From contig MU053493.1 of assembly GCA_013239625.1 (NCBI GenBank), forward strand, positions 2,179,793 through 2,243,792: DNA of 64,000 nt. The letters run 5' to 3'. Made by a program: the position numbers and the translations under genes. The stretch comes from Lama guanicoe. Taxonomy: Eukaryota. The notes below the pieces were generated by a model that worked only from the letters and a program-made list of their open reading frames with translations, had not been told where the DNA came from and did no database searches. Positions 38,197 through 52,222 of the stretch are shown here, in pieces. Numbering within the stretch: position 1 is the stretch's first letter; every line of letters starts with the position of its first letter.

Positions 38197-38990
38197 ACTT
38201 ACAACCAAGAATACTCTATTCAGCAAAGCTTTCATTATGATTTGATGGAGAAATCAAAAGCTTCACAGATAAACGCTAAAAGAATGTTGCACCACCAAAC
38301 CAGCTTTACAACAAATGTTAAAGGAACTTTTCTAGTCATCAAACCACAAGAAAAGAGATATATGCACCCCAATGTTCATAGCAGCATTACAGACAATAGC
38401 TGAAACAGGGAAGCAACCTAAATGTCCATCGACAGATGACTGGATAAAGAAGTCATGATGTGTATATATACACACACACACACACAATGGGATACTACTC
38501 AGCCATAAAAACGAATAAAATAATGCCATTTGTAGCAACATGGATGGACCTGGAGATCACCAGACTAAGTAAAATCAGTCAGAAAGAGAAAAAAAAACAC
38601 CATATGATACCAGTTACATGTGGAATCGAAAAAAAAAGAACACAAATGAGCTTATTTACAAAACAGCGTCAGACTCACAGACAAAAGAAACTTACAGTTA
38701 CGGAGTGGGGGATGGGAAGAGGGTGGGGAGGGATAAATTGAGAGTTCGGGATTTGCAGATACTAACTACTATACATGAAATAGATAAACTACAAGGACCA
38801 ACTTATAGCAAAGGGAAATACATTCAGTATCTTGTAGAAACCTATAACGAGAAAGGATATGGAAAGGAGTGTGCATGTGTGTGTGTGTGTGTGTATAAAT
38901 ATATGAGTCACTCTGCTATACACCGAAGCTAACACAACACTGTAAATCGACTACACTTCACTTGAATGAATGAATGAATTAGTGAATTAA
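38197..38990 (+). mobile_element. L1 with the ORF1 C-terminus joined almost directly to the ORF2 tail and 3'UTR (HAL1-like or internally deleted)
   Basis: LQPRILYSAKLS…FDGEIKSFTDK…TTKPALQQMLKELF* (TAG at 38333-38335), then from about 38356 agatatatgcaccccaatgttcatagcagc, the ORF2 C-terminus. Confidence 0.8.
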
Positions 38991-40459
38991 ATTTTTACAA
39001 AAGAAAAGCCCCTGTGGTTAGCCTTATACATTCCTTATCAGTGCTTTCAAATGAGCTTTTGGACAGCTGGACTCCCAGACACTCAGAAAACACTTTCATT
39101 TTTGAAAGCTTCCCTTTTCCATTTTTCTGAAGCTTTTTTACCAAAAGAAAAAAAAAGAAAAATTTCAGAACTGTTGAGACATATTTTTAGGAAACAGAAT
39201 TTTAAATGGCCAGTGCTCTGAGCACATGCCCACATTCCAAATGTGTCACTATTCATATTATAAATAGCACCCAGAACTGACAGATCTTACAGTGTGGGGG
39301 TTTCCTGGGCTGCCATTCACCAGCTGATAGGCAAGAGAGTAGAATGAAAATGTCAAGAAACAGCATCACATTTAGAAACCATGAAATACAAAAATGGAGC
39401 TGTCAGTCATCCTGAATGCTTGCCAAATACAAGTTTTAAATATAGGCATGGGTCATTGGAGCTACACACCACAACTTCTCCTGCACAGACAGGCGCTGGG
39501 ATGACAAAGAGAATCTCGGATTTGTCGGGTAGCTGGTCACAGCAGCTCACACGAAACTTGCTCCCAAATGACGTACACAGATCTGGTCTCACGTTAACTG
39601 CCAAAACGACGGGTTTCCTCTCCCCTGCGTGTGCTCTGCTAACGTGCACTGTTTGGATCCAGGTCTCCTATGTGAAAGCCGGGACTTTATCTTTGTGTGC
39701 TACCCTGTATCACGTTTAACCCAGTCAAAATGTCCCCTTCATTGGTTTCAGCCCTTCCTCCCCTCCATCCCAATTCTGACAAGATCTGGTGGGAGGGATA
39801 GGGCAGTTTGTGGCTGAAGCGTCCAGACAGCAATGATCTGAAGCTGTATTTCTGAGACGTAAGCAGGGAACCCACTACGTAATGCCGCCAGGACTCAGCA
39901 CCAAGCCTGCCCAGGATGAGGACATCTCCATGACTGGGACTGAGGGTGAGGGAAAGAGTCCCAGTTAAAAGAGCCAGAAGGACGGGGCTGCTTGAGTCAT
40001 TCACACCAGATACAAGGCCATGAACCCTGATCCACAAAGACTTTCATCCTACCTACCTGACACTTCCTCTGGCTCACAGACTCTGAGCAAGTACACACTG
40101 TATCTAACGAGAAACCAATTTTGAGGGAAGTCTGGAAAAGTAAGAAGTCGTACAGTGCTGACCACCCTACCCAGGCCCCAAGCCTGCTCAGGAGTTGGTG
40201 AGAAGCCCACAGAGATTTGCAGAAAGGGATGTGGTACCCCAGGCCAAGGAGGGGGAAGACGAAGGTCAGGGCCAGGCAACATGGTCTTCATGTCCCTAGA
40301 TCCAAGTGATGATGAGGCCAAACCAGTTACACTTCCAGAGGATCTCAACAACACAGGACACAGGGAGAGGCAAGAAGTCTTTTCACCTCCAGAGGGTAAG
40401 TTAGAGGTCCTGACTCCATCTCCCCCTGGATAGAAGGCTCCACCCATCATGCAAGTTTC

Positions 40460-40700
40460 CATTCACATGTCACCTACTCAGAGTGAGGCCTTCACTGAGC
40501 CCCAGTCCAAAGCAGAGCCCTGGCCCCTGTCTACTGCACTGTAGTTTTATTTCCTTTTCAACACCAATCCCCATATGAAATGGTATGCTTATTTATTGCC
40601 TGTATCTCTGCTCCAGAATGTAAGCTCACCAGGCAAAAGCCTGGTCTATCTTGTCCAACATTGCATCTCCAGCTCCCAGCAGAGGCCTAACATACACATT
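40460..40700 (+). mobile_element. L2 3' end
   Basis: cacatgtcacctactcagagtgaggcc…ccagaatgtaagctcaccaggc…tgcatctccagctcccagc. Confidence 0.7.
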
Positions 40701-40897
40701 ATGGATGGATGGATGGAAGATGGATGGAAGGGTGGATGAGTGGATAATGGAAGCGTGGATGGATGGGAGAGTGGATGCATAGATGGGTGGGTGGGTGGAT
40801 GGATGGTTGGATGGATGAGTGGATGCGTGGATGGATGGGCAGATGGGTGGCTGGACGTCTGGATGGATGAGGGAGTGGGGGAGGAAGGAAGGAAGGA
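40700..40897 (+). repeat. Imperfect (GGAT)n microsatellite ending in (GGAA)n
   Basis: Directly visible ggatggatggat… repeats; they follow the L2 3' end. Confidence 0.9.
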
Positions 40898-43800
40898 TCC
40901 CCCTGCACAACCAGGCCTGATCTGGAGGTCTCCGCCTCCCCCCCAAATAGCCAAGGATCCACTCTGAGTCTTGGCGGACTGACAAAAGGACAAAAGGGAA
41001 ACCAAACAGGCAAAGTCTCAGAGGGTAAGTCAGAGGTTCTGGATGAAATTGTGCTAGAGGCCATCAGGTTGCCCCTGTTCATGGTCTTACTGACACTGCT
41101 CTTCAGACCCACCATCCCAAGTTCTTCCAGTAACTCCCTTTTTGCAGGAACTAGCCAAAGTTGGCTTCTGCTACTTGCCCCTGGAATACACTCCATTCCA
41201 GAAGTGGACATTACAGGTGAGAGTCAAGATGCTCGTGATGTCCTCAAACTCCATTTGCTTAATCCCCACAGGGATCCAGAGGGGGAGGCACTGGTATGGA
41301 AACTTACATGAAGGCCACACTGGTGGTGCCAGGGGTGCCAGGGTGTGAATGCAGGCCACGGGCTCCAGCATCCGAGGTCTGGACTACCATATAATTCTCC
41401 CTCCTGCTGTGCCACTCTGGCCCTTGCAGGACTTCACTGTGATGAAGCAGTCTTTCATAAATAGAGAATTCCACATAACTTATCTTTTTAGTGAATCTAA
41501 ATGTTTATGAATCAGGTCTACACAGAGGGGGTCCACCATTCTGAATCTTTCACAACAGCTAGATTACTCCTGGAATGACTCTCCTAAAATATCCTTCCGT
41601 AACTTGCCCCAGAGAGATTTACAGGCAAGTTTTTAACAAAAATATAACCCACAAAATACAAGTTATTTTGTGGAACCCTTTCCCCAAATTGACATCATCT
41701 ACATACAACCGTTTTTGTTAAAATTATTTTTTGGCCTAAGCAACGGTAAACTCATTCGTCTGATTACAATCATATAATCCCTGGCATCTTCAGGAGCAGA
41801 ACTTACTGAGGAGAATCAGTAAATAAATTAAAAAGTAAAATAAATCTTCTAAGCCTATTTTCACACACACACAATTTATACCGCAATTTTTATAAGGGCA
41901 AGGAGTGGGACATGGAAGCACAGATCAATCCATTTCCCTCTCACTCCAAGGCTAAGAATCTTCATTTTCTAGTCTTCAAATTAATGAAATGAACACCGAC
42001 CACTCTGACTAGGGAGCCTGAAAGAATGGAGGTGCTGATGCATTTGTATTTCCTTTCAATGTGAACAGGCTATTTTGATAGTTAGAAAAACCATGACAAA
42101 TTGCAGGAGATCTCCTCCTTTGTGGCTCTGAAATAGCACTCTGGCTGTAATACACCACATCATCGGGAAAGGCACTTACCTTCGAGTGAAGGGCAGAGTG
42201 GATCCTGTTAAATATGAAATTAGTGTCATGTTTTCTCAATGCTTCGACCCAAATTTTAAATTTAAAGACTTCTGTCAACTCAAGGTAACGCTTGTACATT
42301 CACTTCAATTTATAACCGAAATGGGAATTTGTTTGCACTTAGAAGAAAACCCACCTCCAGCCCTGGGCCCTGGCTCTCCTCACCACTCCCCCATGCCCTT
42401 GGCCCGGCCACCTTGGCCCTGTGTGTCCCCCCGAGCACACCGTCCATGCCAGAGCTCTAGCACGTGGTTCAGTTTCGTATTTCAGTTTGCTTCTCCGTCC
42501 TGCCTAGGATGCTAGTCACCAGGTCTCCACGTCACCCCTGCCCTCTTCCCCACCTCCGGCTCTGCTGAAATCTAGCCTCCTCCAAGAGCTTTCCCAGAAA
42601 GAACCAGTGCAGTGGATGGCCAGACTCTAATAATGAAATGAGCTGGGCCTGCCTTCAAAGGACCAGATGCCCCTTTCTCTTTTGATGTTCATTTCTTTTT
42701 TGAACTACTGATCAAAGATCTCCTTTGCCCTTAGAAATTCAAAACGCCAATGACGATTTACCTACGATTTTCTCTTAAGGCTGCTCATATGAATTCACAT
42801 GTCTGCGCGAGAGAGGCCAATTTATTTAATGGTATAAATCTTATTTCCCGTTGTGGAGTTAAAAGCACATTCTTCCGAATCAAGAGAAAATCATTCCCGG
42901 GAAGTTCCTTAGATGACAGTTCAGCTCTTGATGAACTTGAGAGAGGGATCCCCCTTCACAGGCTTCGAAGGCTGGTCCCACAGCCCAGCCTGGCACCAGG
43001 GCAGACGCCCAGGAGAAGCAGCCTCCCAATGCTTCCCTTCTTTTCCTGCTTGTCCCCCAGGGAGTCTTCACCAGAAAATCTGGGGACCCTACACAGAAGG
43101 AGACCTGGCTCCCATGTGGCCCTGAGGTCTGAATATCCTCCTTTCCTAAACCGAAGCCCCCTCACCTTTTCATAAAGAATCAAAAGGAGATCCATTACCT
43201 AATGACTCAGAGCCACCAGCCCTGTCTCTCCAGCCTCATCCCTGCCGTATCTGTCCTCAAAAGACTGACCATTACCAGGCGTTACACTGTAGGTGTATTT
43301 GCTGGGTGGCGTGCTCTCTGACCGACAGAGTAAGCAGCAGCAACTACGAAGAGATGGCCAATAAAAGCCGCTGGAGGAGCTGATGGATGTGTGGTTGCTG
43401 GCTGCAGCCGGCAGGCCACATGAGCACGTGTCTTGATTTTTAGGAATTCAAGCACTCCCTGCAGTCTTGCAGAGAGGTCACATGAGCTTCCACGACTGCA
43501 GGACTCAGCAGTCCACGAGCAAAGAGCTATGTGCTTCGCTGTTTCTGTTTTGGAAGAGACTGGCGATCTGTGATAGGTCCATCATTCAATAAAGCTTTGG
43601 GAAAAGATGCACTTTCCTGACGCAGAGGTCCACGTTGTGAACTGGTTCCCTGGCCTTCTGAAACAAGCCTCACCTGAGAAGTTTTATAATTACTGGATTT
43701 TTGTGTGGTTAGGACCCGTGGCTTCCTTTCATTGACGTCCCTCCCCTTGTCCAGTGTCCCATGTTAATCCTCGGCTGGGCAATGGATCCTAAATAAGGCT

Positions 43801-44409
43801 CAACAGCCCTGAAAGGATCACATGCTCCGGGTTACAGACACCCAAAGGCACACCAAACACATCCATGTATCGCCAGACAAACAGCTACGAAGAATCCTGC
43901 TTCCGTGGGTTCAACCTGGAGCACAAGTGACCAAATGCCTTCCTCTGGAAGGAAACCTTACAGCTCATCCTGGGACTGTACCACTGCCAAGCCTCCCGTG
44001 TGACAAACTACGTCTCAGGCTGGTTTTGCAAACGAACACTTCACAGTGGAAACCTGGTACAGGAATCAACAAGAGAGCCTGGCAGACACGGGCCAACCAT
44101 CCCCAACGCCAAGACTGTGCTTCTCAAAAGAGGGGTTCGTGGCTCCTAAGGAATCTCGGATGTGACCGAGGTTGAGACACTGCTCTCAGCCCAGCGACAC
44201 TTGTCCCCTGCAGCCGTTCAGGTGTGACCTGCATCCAGGGGATGAACAGCTGGTTAGATTCTTCCCCATTTTCCCCCTATTTGCTCCTCCCTGCTTGACA
44301 AACACGTGTTTTCTCCTTTCAGTGATTTCCCCCCTTTTCCGGTTTTAGGGGAGACGGCCTTTAGTTTGGTGTTTGTGGGGGTTATTTTGTTTATTTGTTT
44401 AACATGTAC

Positions 44410-44735
44410 TGACCAGCAATCCCACTCCTGAGTATGCATGCTAGAGAAATGGAAACATATTCACAGAAAAAACTTGTACACTAATCTTTACAGCACCCCC
44501 TCCCTGAAAAAAGGCTGGAAACAACTATAGTGATGGAGATGTGGTGGTTGCCAGCACCTGGGGCTGGGGGCAGGTTCGTCTATAAAGGGCGAGCACAAGA
44601 GTTTTCTGGCATGATGGAACAATTCTGCATTCCAGTGCATGTAAGATGTACGTCTGTTAAAATTCATAGAACTGTATGCCCCAAAAGTCAATTTTACTGT
44701 AAAGTCATTTAAAAATAAAAAATAATTTAAAAATG
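44410..44735 (+). mobile_element. Old L1 3' fragments
   Basis: gaccagcaatcccactcctgag…tgttaaaattcatagaactgta…aaaaataaa. Confidence 0.75.
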
Positions 44736-45321
44736 AAAGATACTTCTTCAGGGGAAAAAAAAAGATCTCTGAATATAATCTTAAAAAAAAATGTCTGTGG
44801 AACCTAATTAAGCAAGGAGACCTAATTACTGGTGTCGTGTTTTGAAGCTGGCAAAACTGTGAGCTCAGAGATCTGTAGCCCCTCTGCTCCCCCGAAGGTT
44901 CCAGGGTGGGAGCGGACTTGCCAGTTTGCAAGTCCTCAGAGAGAGAAAAGAGGCGAGTTTCCAGGGCGGACACCCCAGCTCCTCAGCAACCCACAGATGC
45001 AGCCAGACCCACATTCGGGGACCCCTATATGGGACTCCCAAGAACAAGCAAGTGGGGACCACATTTTCCCAAGACAGTGCGTCCTGGGTGGTGCCCAGGG
45101 CAAGTTTTCAGTCCTGCTTGTTTAACTTTTATGTTTGTTAATATTATCTTCTTCTTTTTCTTTTTTTGATGATAAAAATTACCCAAGCTCTCCAAGTATT
45201 TTTTTGTAGGAGAGGTTCAGAAATTGTCCTTTTGGTTCCGGTCAAGCTGCTTTGCAGGATGAGAAGAAGGGCAGACGTAAAAAGAAGTCTCTCACTCAAC
45301 TTCTTTCAAGATAACATTGTT

Positions 45322-45510
45322 TATATATATATGTACATATATACATATATATACACACATATATATTTTAATATATTGAAATATATACAATTATAATACA
45401 TAATTATGTATTAATTTATAGTATATACTAATAATTATTTAATATATGATAATTGATATGTTATATAATAATAAATTATTGATTAATATATAATTAATTA
45501 ACATATATAA
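45322..45510. repeat. (TA)n / AT-rich low-complexity tract
   Basis: tatatatatatgtacatatat… followed by almost pure A/T sequence. Confidence 0.85.
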
Positions 45511-47899
45511 GTAAAACTTTTGCCATCGATGAGACAACCAATGTAGTAGAAAAGCCAACGGCGACAAAGCTTGATCTGGGACCTGGGCTTAGAAGATCCC
45601 TGGCATCACAGAACCAGCCCAGCTGGTCATTTAACTCAGGGCGAGAGTTCCTTCCACCCCCTGGGGCAGGAGTTCAAAAGTTGCAGATCTTGCCATGTAC
45701 CATTTTTTGCACAGGAATTACACAATAAAACATCCTTCACCTAAAGAAAAAGTACCTGTTTGATTCATGAGTAACATACTCAAATCATCTTTTATTCAGC
45801 AATGCTCCTCAGGTGTCACCCAGGTGCACCTACCCGTGGAGAGAACCACAGCTTTTATTCCAAGAAGTGTGTGCACACAGCCTCCTGGGGACAAGGAATT
45901 TGGGTCAACAGTTTTTATACTTTAAGGGAATTTTTATTTCCTCGAGAAATTCCTAAGCAGAATCCAATATCGAAAACAGACAAAAGTGGTGTTTTGTTAG
46001 CAGAGATTTCTAAGTTGAATTTTTAAATATTTATCATAGATTGAGTCAAGAGAACACTGAGTTTTGAAAATGGGACTACAGGACAGTCGACGTCACGACA
46101 GCCCATGAAAATTTAAGTTTAACTTTGGCTGCCCAATGTAGAGAAAATTTTGAAAACAGACCAGTTTCACTTGTACAGTTTTAGGATACCCTTAAATAAA
46201 TCCAGAAGTTTGATTCAAAATACAAGGGAACAATGATTTCAATGTTGAACTGTTAAAATGAACCAGTGCGCGGTTTATCCACTAGTTTAAGTAATAATTA
46301 CTTGGTAGAAGATATTTTTCAAACATATTTGTAACACCATATGGATTTCTGATAATGTTATAGTTTAAACCATGTTATTGCAGTACATAGCTTATCTTTA
46401 GAGAAAATTTCAGTCAAATTTACTTTGTTTTCCCTGCTGACTGTAAATCTCTTTTCCAGGGACTCAGTAAGGCTCAAAGGGAGTCCACTGACAGAACCTG
46501 TGGGCCAGACAAATAAAAAATGTCACTAAAACCTTGTCTTAATCTGAAATTGTCTTTCATATTCTACTTCATTAACTGTCTAAAAATGAAGGCCAGGAAG
46601 ATGTCCCTGGCTTGTCTGGCAACTTTCCAGCATCTCCAATCTGCCCAAGAAGCCAGCAGAGAATCACTGAAATTCAGTCATTTCTCACTGAAAACAAGTG
46701 GGGTTCTTCCCAGTCCACGGGGACTGCTCGAAGCCTGAAATCTGCAGGGTGCTGCAAAGCCTTCTTTCCTGAGCACATGAGTCAACGGCCCACATTTAGG
46801 AAAGAAACCATAATTTCAGTGTTTTGGCAACTAACTATAAGTTATAAAACTTAAATAAATAAATGTCAAAATTACTAAAATAAACTGATTATTCGGATTC
46901 TAAGAAAAGATTTGTAACCAGTTCTAAACACATAAATAAATAAATAAACGTGGAGGATGGTCTGGAAAACAGTCTCCTGTATCCAGGGGCTGGTTTTAAC
47001 AGTAACTGAGCACATTGTATGATATTCCAGCTCTAATGTCTCTTATTATTCATGATTCTGAAACTGGATTTAGAGTTTAGATAATTAATAAAATCACCCC
47101 TTCCACGGTCTTGATTATCACTCATCAGGATCACGTTTGTTCTTCACTTGCTGACTGTAATCATTTATTTGAACCAGTGTCTCAGGGGTTCATCAGCTCT
47201 TCATTAGTGCCTGCAGGTTGGGTAAAACGTACTTGAATTTTCAAAATAAATGCAAATCACATTGGTACTAACAGCGAAGAGGTGAATTTCACGAGTACTT
47301 TCAAGGGAGACAGTTCCCTCCCAGGACCCTGGCTCTTTAGTGAAAAGAAGGGGTGTCCTCCTCGGCGACAGAGAACTCACCCTCCCATCTGGCCCTGAAC
47401 ATCAATCCTACAAACCCATCTATGGCCACAACCATCAGGCGCCACGTTAGCCCGCGCCTTGGCATGCAGGGATGTGTTAGTTACTGACGCAGGAACCAGG
47501 TGTGAAAGTCAAAAGGATTCAATACAAAATTGAAGAGGCACAGAATCACCTAAGCTGGCAAGTCACAAATACAGCTGCCCAGGCCCTGTCCTGGAGCGTC
47601 AAACTCAGAAGCTCCGGAAGCAGAGCCGGACACCAGGATCAGTGCAGCCTTGAACACAACAGACCTGGATCCTAACCCTGATCTGGCCCAGAGAAGCTGT
47701 GTGGACGTGAACATCATTGGCTGAACTTGGTGTTTCCCTCTGTAAGAGGGAGTAATAAACAGCCCACGGCCTCACAGGCCAAGTGGAGATTACAGACACA
47801 GAAGGAGGGGGCTTCACGTGGTCCCAGGCACAAAGATGGCCCCCACGAATGGCCACCCTTACAGAGATCAGAGAGGCAATCCCCCCAGCAGAGGAAAGA

Positions 47900-49410
47900 G
47901 GATCTGGAGGATTCAAATGCATTTCACATGATAGAGGAACAGGCCAAATGGTACCATGAGGAGGCAACCAGACACATCCAGCATGTGGGACCTTCTGCAG
48001 GACAACTGACCTCTTCAGTGAATTGTGGTCATCAAAATAAAACACGGGGGGCTTTACTAGATTAAGAGAACCGCCTTTACATTTATTTCCCAGTTCTGTC
48101 CTCTAAGAGGGCCTAGAAGCAATGACACCCCAGTAAAAACTAGCACCCAGATCTTGGTTTCTAATTCTATTCTCCCATAAAGGAATAAATGGCTGATGAC
48201 AGGGACAGGGCAGGGAAAACAGAAGACAAGCTGAAACATCTCGTAGTGGCATAAAATGTGGAAGTGCTAGAAATGGCAGGGGCCGGGGTGGGGAAATTGA
48301 CGGGAAAACACTGTGTTAAAGAGAAGCAGGAGCCAAGTGGCTAAAGATTAAACAATCTGAGCAACAAAGTAAATGACCACAGTATTGAATTATAACCTAA
48401 GAAATAAGATAAATACCCATGAATCTGTACTGATACCACAGATGACTGAATAAATACATTAACACGATGAATACATAAGTTCAATAAATAAATGTTATTC
48501 AGAAGTGACAAATCTTCCTTAAAGATGAATTCCAATAATCAATGCAAAAGGAAGATGGCAACTAGGAGGTCCCGTCAGAGGTCCTTAGTGATGGCTGTTG
48601 AGGCCAAGATCCAGTCAAGAACGCAAAAAGTAGCAGTCGAAACTTTAAGGAGAAACAGGATATCTAAATTGACTCAAAGTATCTTCCCCAGAATATTTAT
48701 TAATTTCTGTGGTTTTAACATACATCCACAAACTCCTTGATCCTCCTTCCACCAGGAGGTGGCCCTAACCCTCTCCCCTTGAGTGTAGACTGGACTTGGT
48801 AGCTGACTCCTAATGAACACAGCAGGGGAAGGGGAAGACGGTGACTTTGCAGTGGAGAAACCTGGCAGACATCACCTGGACCAGGGTATCAAAGGTAACG
48901 TCACCAGCAGTACAGTAAGTCAGATGTCGACAGCATCACATGAGGCAATGAGAAGGGTACTTCACCTCTGCAGGATCCGTCCCTCAACCCACAACCCTAT
49001 CCTGTAATGAGAAAATGTCAGACAAACCCACATCAAGGGATGTTCTACAAAGTGCTTGAACAGTTTCCTTCAAAAGGGTTAAGGTCATGAAAAACAAAGA
49101 AAGACTGAGGCACTCTCCCAGACTGGAGGAGTCTAAAGACACAAGAGACTAAATGACGCATGTATCTGGGATTGGATCTTGGAATCAAAAAGGTCATCAG
49201 TGGGAAAACTGGTGAAATCCATGTAATGTCTGTAGATTAGTTGATAGTAACGTTAATTTGTACTTTTCACCAACGTATCAAGGTTACACGAGACTTTCCC
49301 CTTGGGGGCAATGGGATGAAGGGTACGGGAACTCCCTACTGATACATGAACAAGTCTCCTTAGAGCAGCAAAGGCACGTGACACCTTGGAATTTGATTCT
49401 ATAGTAAATA
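47900..49410 (+). mobile_element. L1MC/L1MD-type long 3'UTR
   Basis: gagggcctagaagcaatgacacccc; ctttgcagtggagaaacctggcagacatcacct; gggaaaactggtgaaatcc. Confidence 0.75.
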
Positions 49411-50295
49411 AAAATCACACAGTCATTTTCAAAAAAATGAGGTTAGTCAGTTTTCAAATTTTAGAATTGATTTATAGACAAGCATGAGAGTCTGAAATAC
49501 CATTCAAAGCAGCAGCACAGGTGACAGCAGTTGGTGACATAAAGGGACAGATGAGGGAGGCCATACTTCTCCCATCATGTCACTTAGAGGACCCGAGAGT
49601 TCCTGCCCTAGGACAGTGCATCACGTCAGAGAAGCTTACATACACTATCCAAAGTCATAAAATAATCATGAGAAGAAATAAAAATTATAAGCTACAGAAA
49701 CCATGAGGGCAGAGCCGAGGGCCAGTAGACACAGTCAAGGTCCAATTGACAAGTGAACAGATGGTGAAAGTCGGAGCGACCAGAGAAACACGAGTCAAGA
49801 ACCATTTTCCACTCATCTCGCTGGGAAAATCATCGCGCCTGACAATACCCAGGGCTGGAAACAGCACCAGCCTGTGAGATTGAGACACACGAGGATGGGT
49901 GTGGGGAGGGTGTGAAGGACAGATAGAAATGACTGCTCTGGGAAAGGGCTGAGAGTCACCTGTGAGCACTGAACATCAGTGCACCTCATGCCCGGATCTG
50001 ACTCTTGGATCTACAAGCCAAGAAAACCTCCTTGAACTCATCATGTACCAGGAAACCAGTAAGAGAATGTTCTTAACTGCCCTGGTCTCGATTGCAACAA
50101 CTTGCCAGCAACTCAAATGTCTGTCCGTGGAGAGCAGGTGTAGAAATTATGTGACACCTTCAAAGTACAGTCAAGATAAGTAACCACGGCACTTCACGCA
50201 ACAGGAAGGAACCCTAACAAAATGCTATTAAGTGGGAAAAAGTTAGTCCCAAAAGGTGAAACCCAGAGGGGTCCTCTTTTTAAAAAGGTAAAAAC

Positions 50296-50415
50296 GGGGA
50301 GGGTTGAGCTAAGTGGCAGAGCGTGTGCTTAGCACACATAAGGTCCTGGGTTCAATCCCCAGTCCCTCCATTAAATAAATAAATAAACCTAATTACCTCC
50401 CCTACTAAAAAAAAA
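50296..50415 (+). mobile_element. Vic-1-type SINE, inserted in an old L1 3' region (about 49780-50480)
   Basis: ggggagggttgagctaagtggcagagcgtgtgcttagc…ggttcaatccccagt…aaacctaattacctcccc. Confidence 0.9.
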
Positions 50416-51274
50416 TTTTTTTTGGTCACAGTGGTGGGTTTTATAAGTACCTCTTATGTTTCTAAAAATGAAAACGAATTTAATAAGATGGGCCATGCAC
50501 GGAATGGTGAAAAAGTGCGTATGAATAAAAGGATTAGGATTGGTTCCTTTTTGCATGTTTGAAGTCCACTTTATTTTAAAAAAGCAATATATCAAAAAGG
50601 GCAGTGTGAGCGTGGGATTTATATTCACGCAGGCAACAAGCCAAGGGAACCAAAAACTGATCCTGAGAACCAGGAGGCAGGGCTGGGGCTGTAGTAACAA
50701 GGTCAGAAACCTGGACTTTCCATTTTATGTTCTTTGGTATTTAGTATGCCACCATAGTGCTTTTAGATCAGAATAAATATATTTAATCACTTACATATGG
50801 AAAACTCTAAGGTGTGTGTGCTGTGTGGCTCTGCCCTGGATGGTGTCCTTGGGCAAGTCAGTGCCCAGAAGGAGGGTACAACTCCCCCAGACTTCACACA
50901 CCACTGCTCTAACACTTCAAAACCCAAGGGTCACAAGATTGAGGCCAACTGTTGTTAAGAATCAAAAACAGAAATAAAATTCATGAATGTTGATCTGGCA
51001 CTGAGGTCTGTCTTGAGCAACGAGAACCTCAGTGCATATATCCTCCCAAATTTCTGGATACTACAAAAGCAAGATATTGACCGGAAGTAATCACCCCGCC
51101 TCACAGGAGGGTCAACGAGAGTTGGTGTCAAATAATGAAAGTCAGCTCCGCCACCTTCCACCTGAAGCCCTGAGCTCGTGTTTGCTCCTGTACAAACTCA
51201 GTTATCTTCTGCCCTGTCTTCCCAGTGGGACATTACGAATGGGGTCAGAAGAGACACGGATGCTGAAAGCCACA

Positions 51275-51630
51275 TGGGTTCCTCTGCGAGCGCCCCAAGC
51301 AGAGGAGCACAGGCTGGGGACTCACACAACAGAAACGGACCGTCTCCCAGTCCTGGGGGCTGGAAGTCCCAGATCAAGGTGGCGGCGGGGTGTGCAGACG
51401 GCCGTCCGTCCTCTCTGCATCCTCACATGGTCTCCCCGCTGTGTACGTGTGTCCTAATCACTTCTTCTAAAAATGTCAGTCAGATTAGATTCAGGCCCAC
51501 TCTAAGGATTTTGTTTTACCTTAAACTGTCTCTTTAAAGACCCCATCTTCAAATAATGTCATACTTTGAATGTAAGGGGTGTTATGACATCAGCTTATGA
51601 ATTTTAGGGGGATACAATTCAGCCATGACA
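51275..51630 (-). mobile_element. MaLR LTR (MLT1B-like)
   Basis: gggctggaagtcccagatcaagg…cttatgaattttagggggatacaattcagcc. Confidence 0.8.
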
Positions 51631-51964
51631 CCGTATAAATGCTGTATGAGTGTGCTTTTTATTATTTCATGTGAGATGACTGCATGCAGGTTGAAACACA
51701 TACATGTACATATGTGTGTACATACACGTGCACACACATAAAACACTCTTTCCACCTCACCTCAGAAATTAATTTCCATGGTCCTGTTTTTGTGCCACGT
51801 ACTACTGACCTTGAAGTTAGTAGATTTTCAGGGAATTTTTACCTTGCATGCAGTTCAGGTTTGGTGGCTGTAACATCCCTTAAAGGCCATTATTCTCATT
51901 TCTGTTGGTGTGTCTACATTCCTGAGAAAGTATCGTTAACGCTATGGGATTATTTTATGCCACA

Positions 51965-52222
51965 ATTTTTTTCGCTGTGGTAAAGTGTACACACAGTGAA
52001 ATTCACAGACCGTAACTATACAATGCTGTAAGTTTTAACAAATATATACATCCATGTAACTAACATCCCAGTCAAGACGTGGGACATTTCTACCACCCCA
52101 GAAAGTTCGTTTGTACCTTTTCCAGACAATCCCTCCTCATAGGCAACCACCATCACCAGGACTTCAACCACCACTGATGAGCTTTGCCTGTTTTTCGAAC
52201 TACCTATCAATGAAATCACAAA
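51965..52222 (-). mobile_element. Old L1 3' end
   Basis: ttttaacaaatatatacatccatgtaac…acatttctaccaccccagaaagttc. Confidence 0.75.

Noticed and set aside
40626..41211. His/Pro/Ser-rich ORFs
   Set aside because: They are translations of the (GGAT)n microsatellite.
50416..50475. Possible 3' read-through tail on the SINE at 50296
   Set aside because: The putative TSD (aaaaaggtaaaaac / aaaaatgaaaac) is too A-rich and degenerate to fix the boundary.
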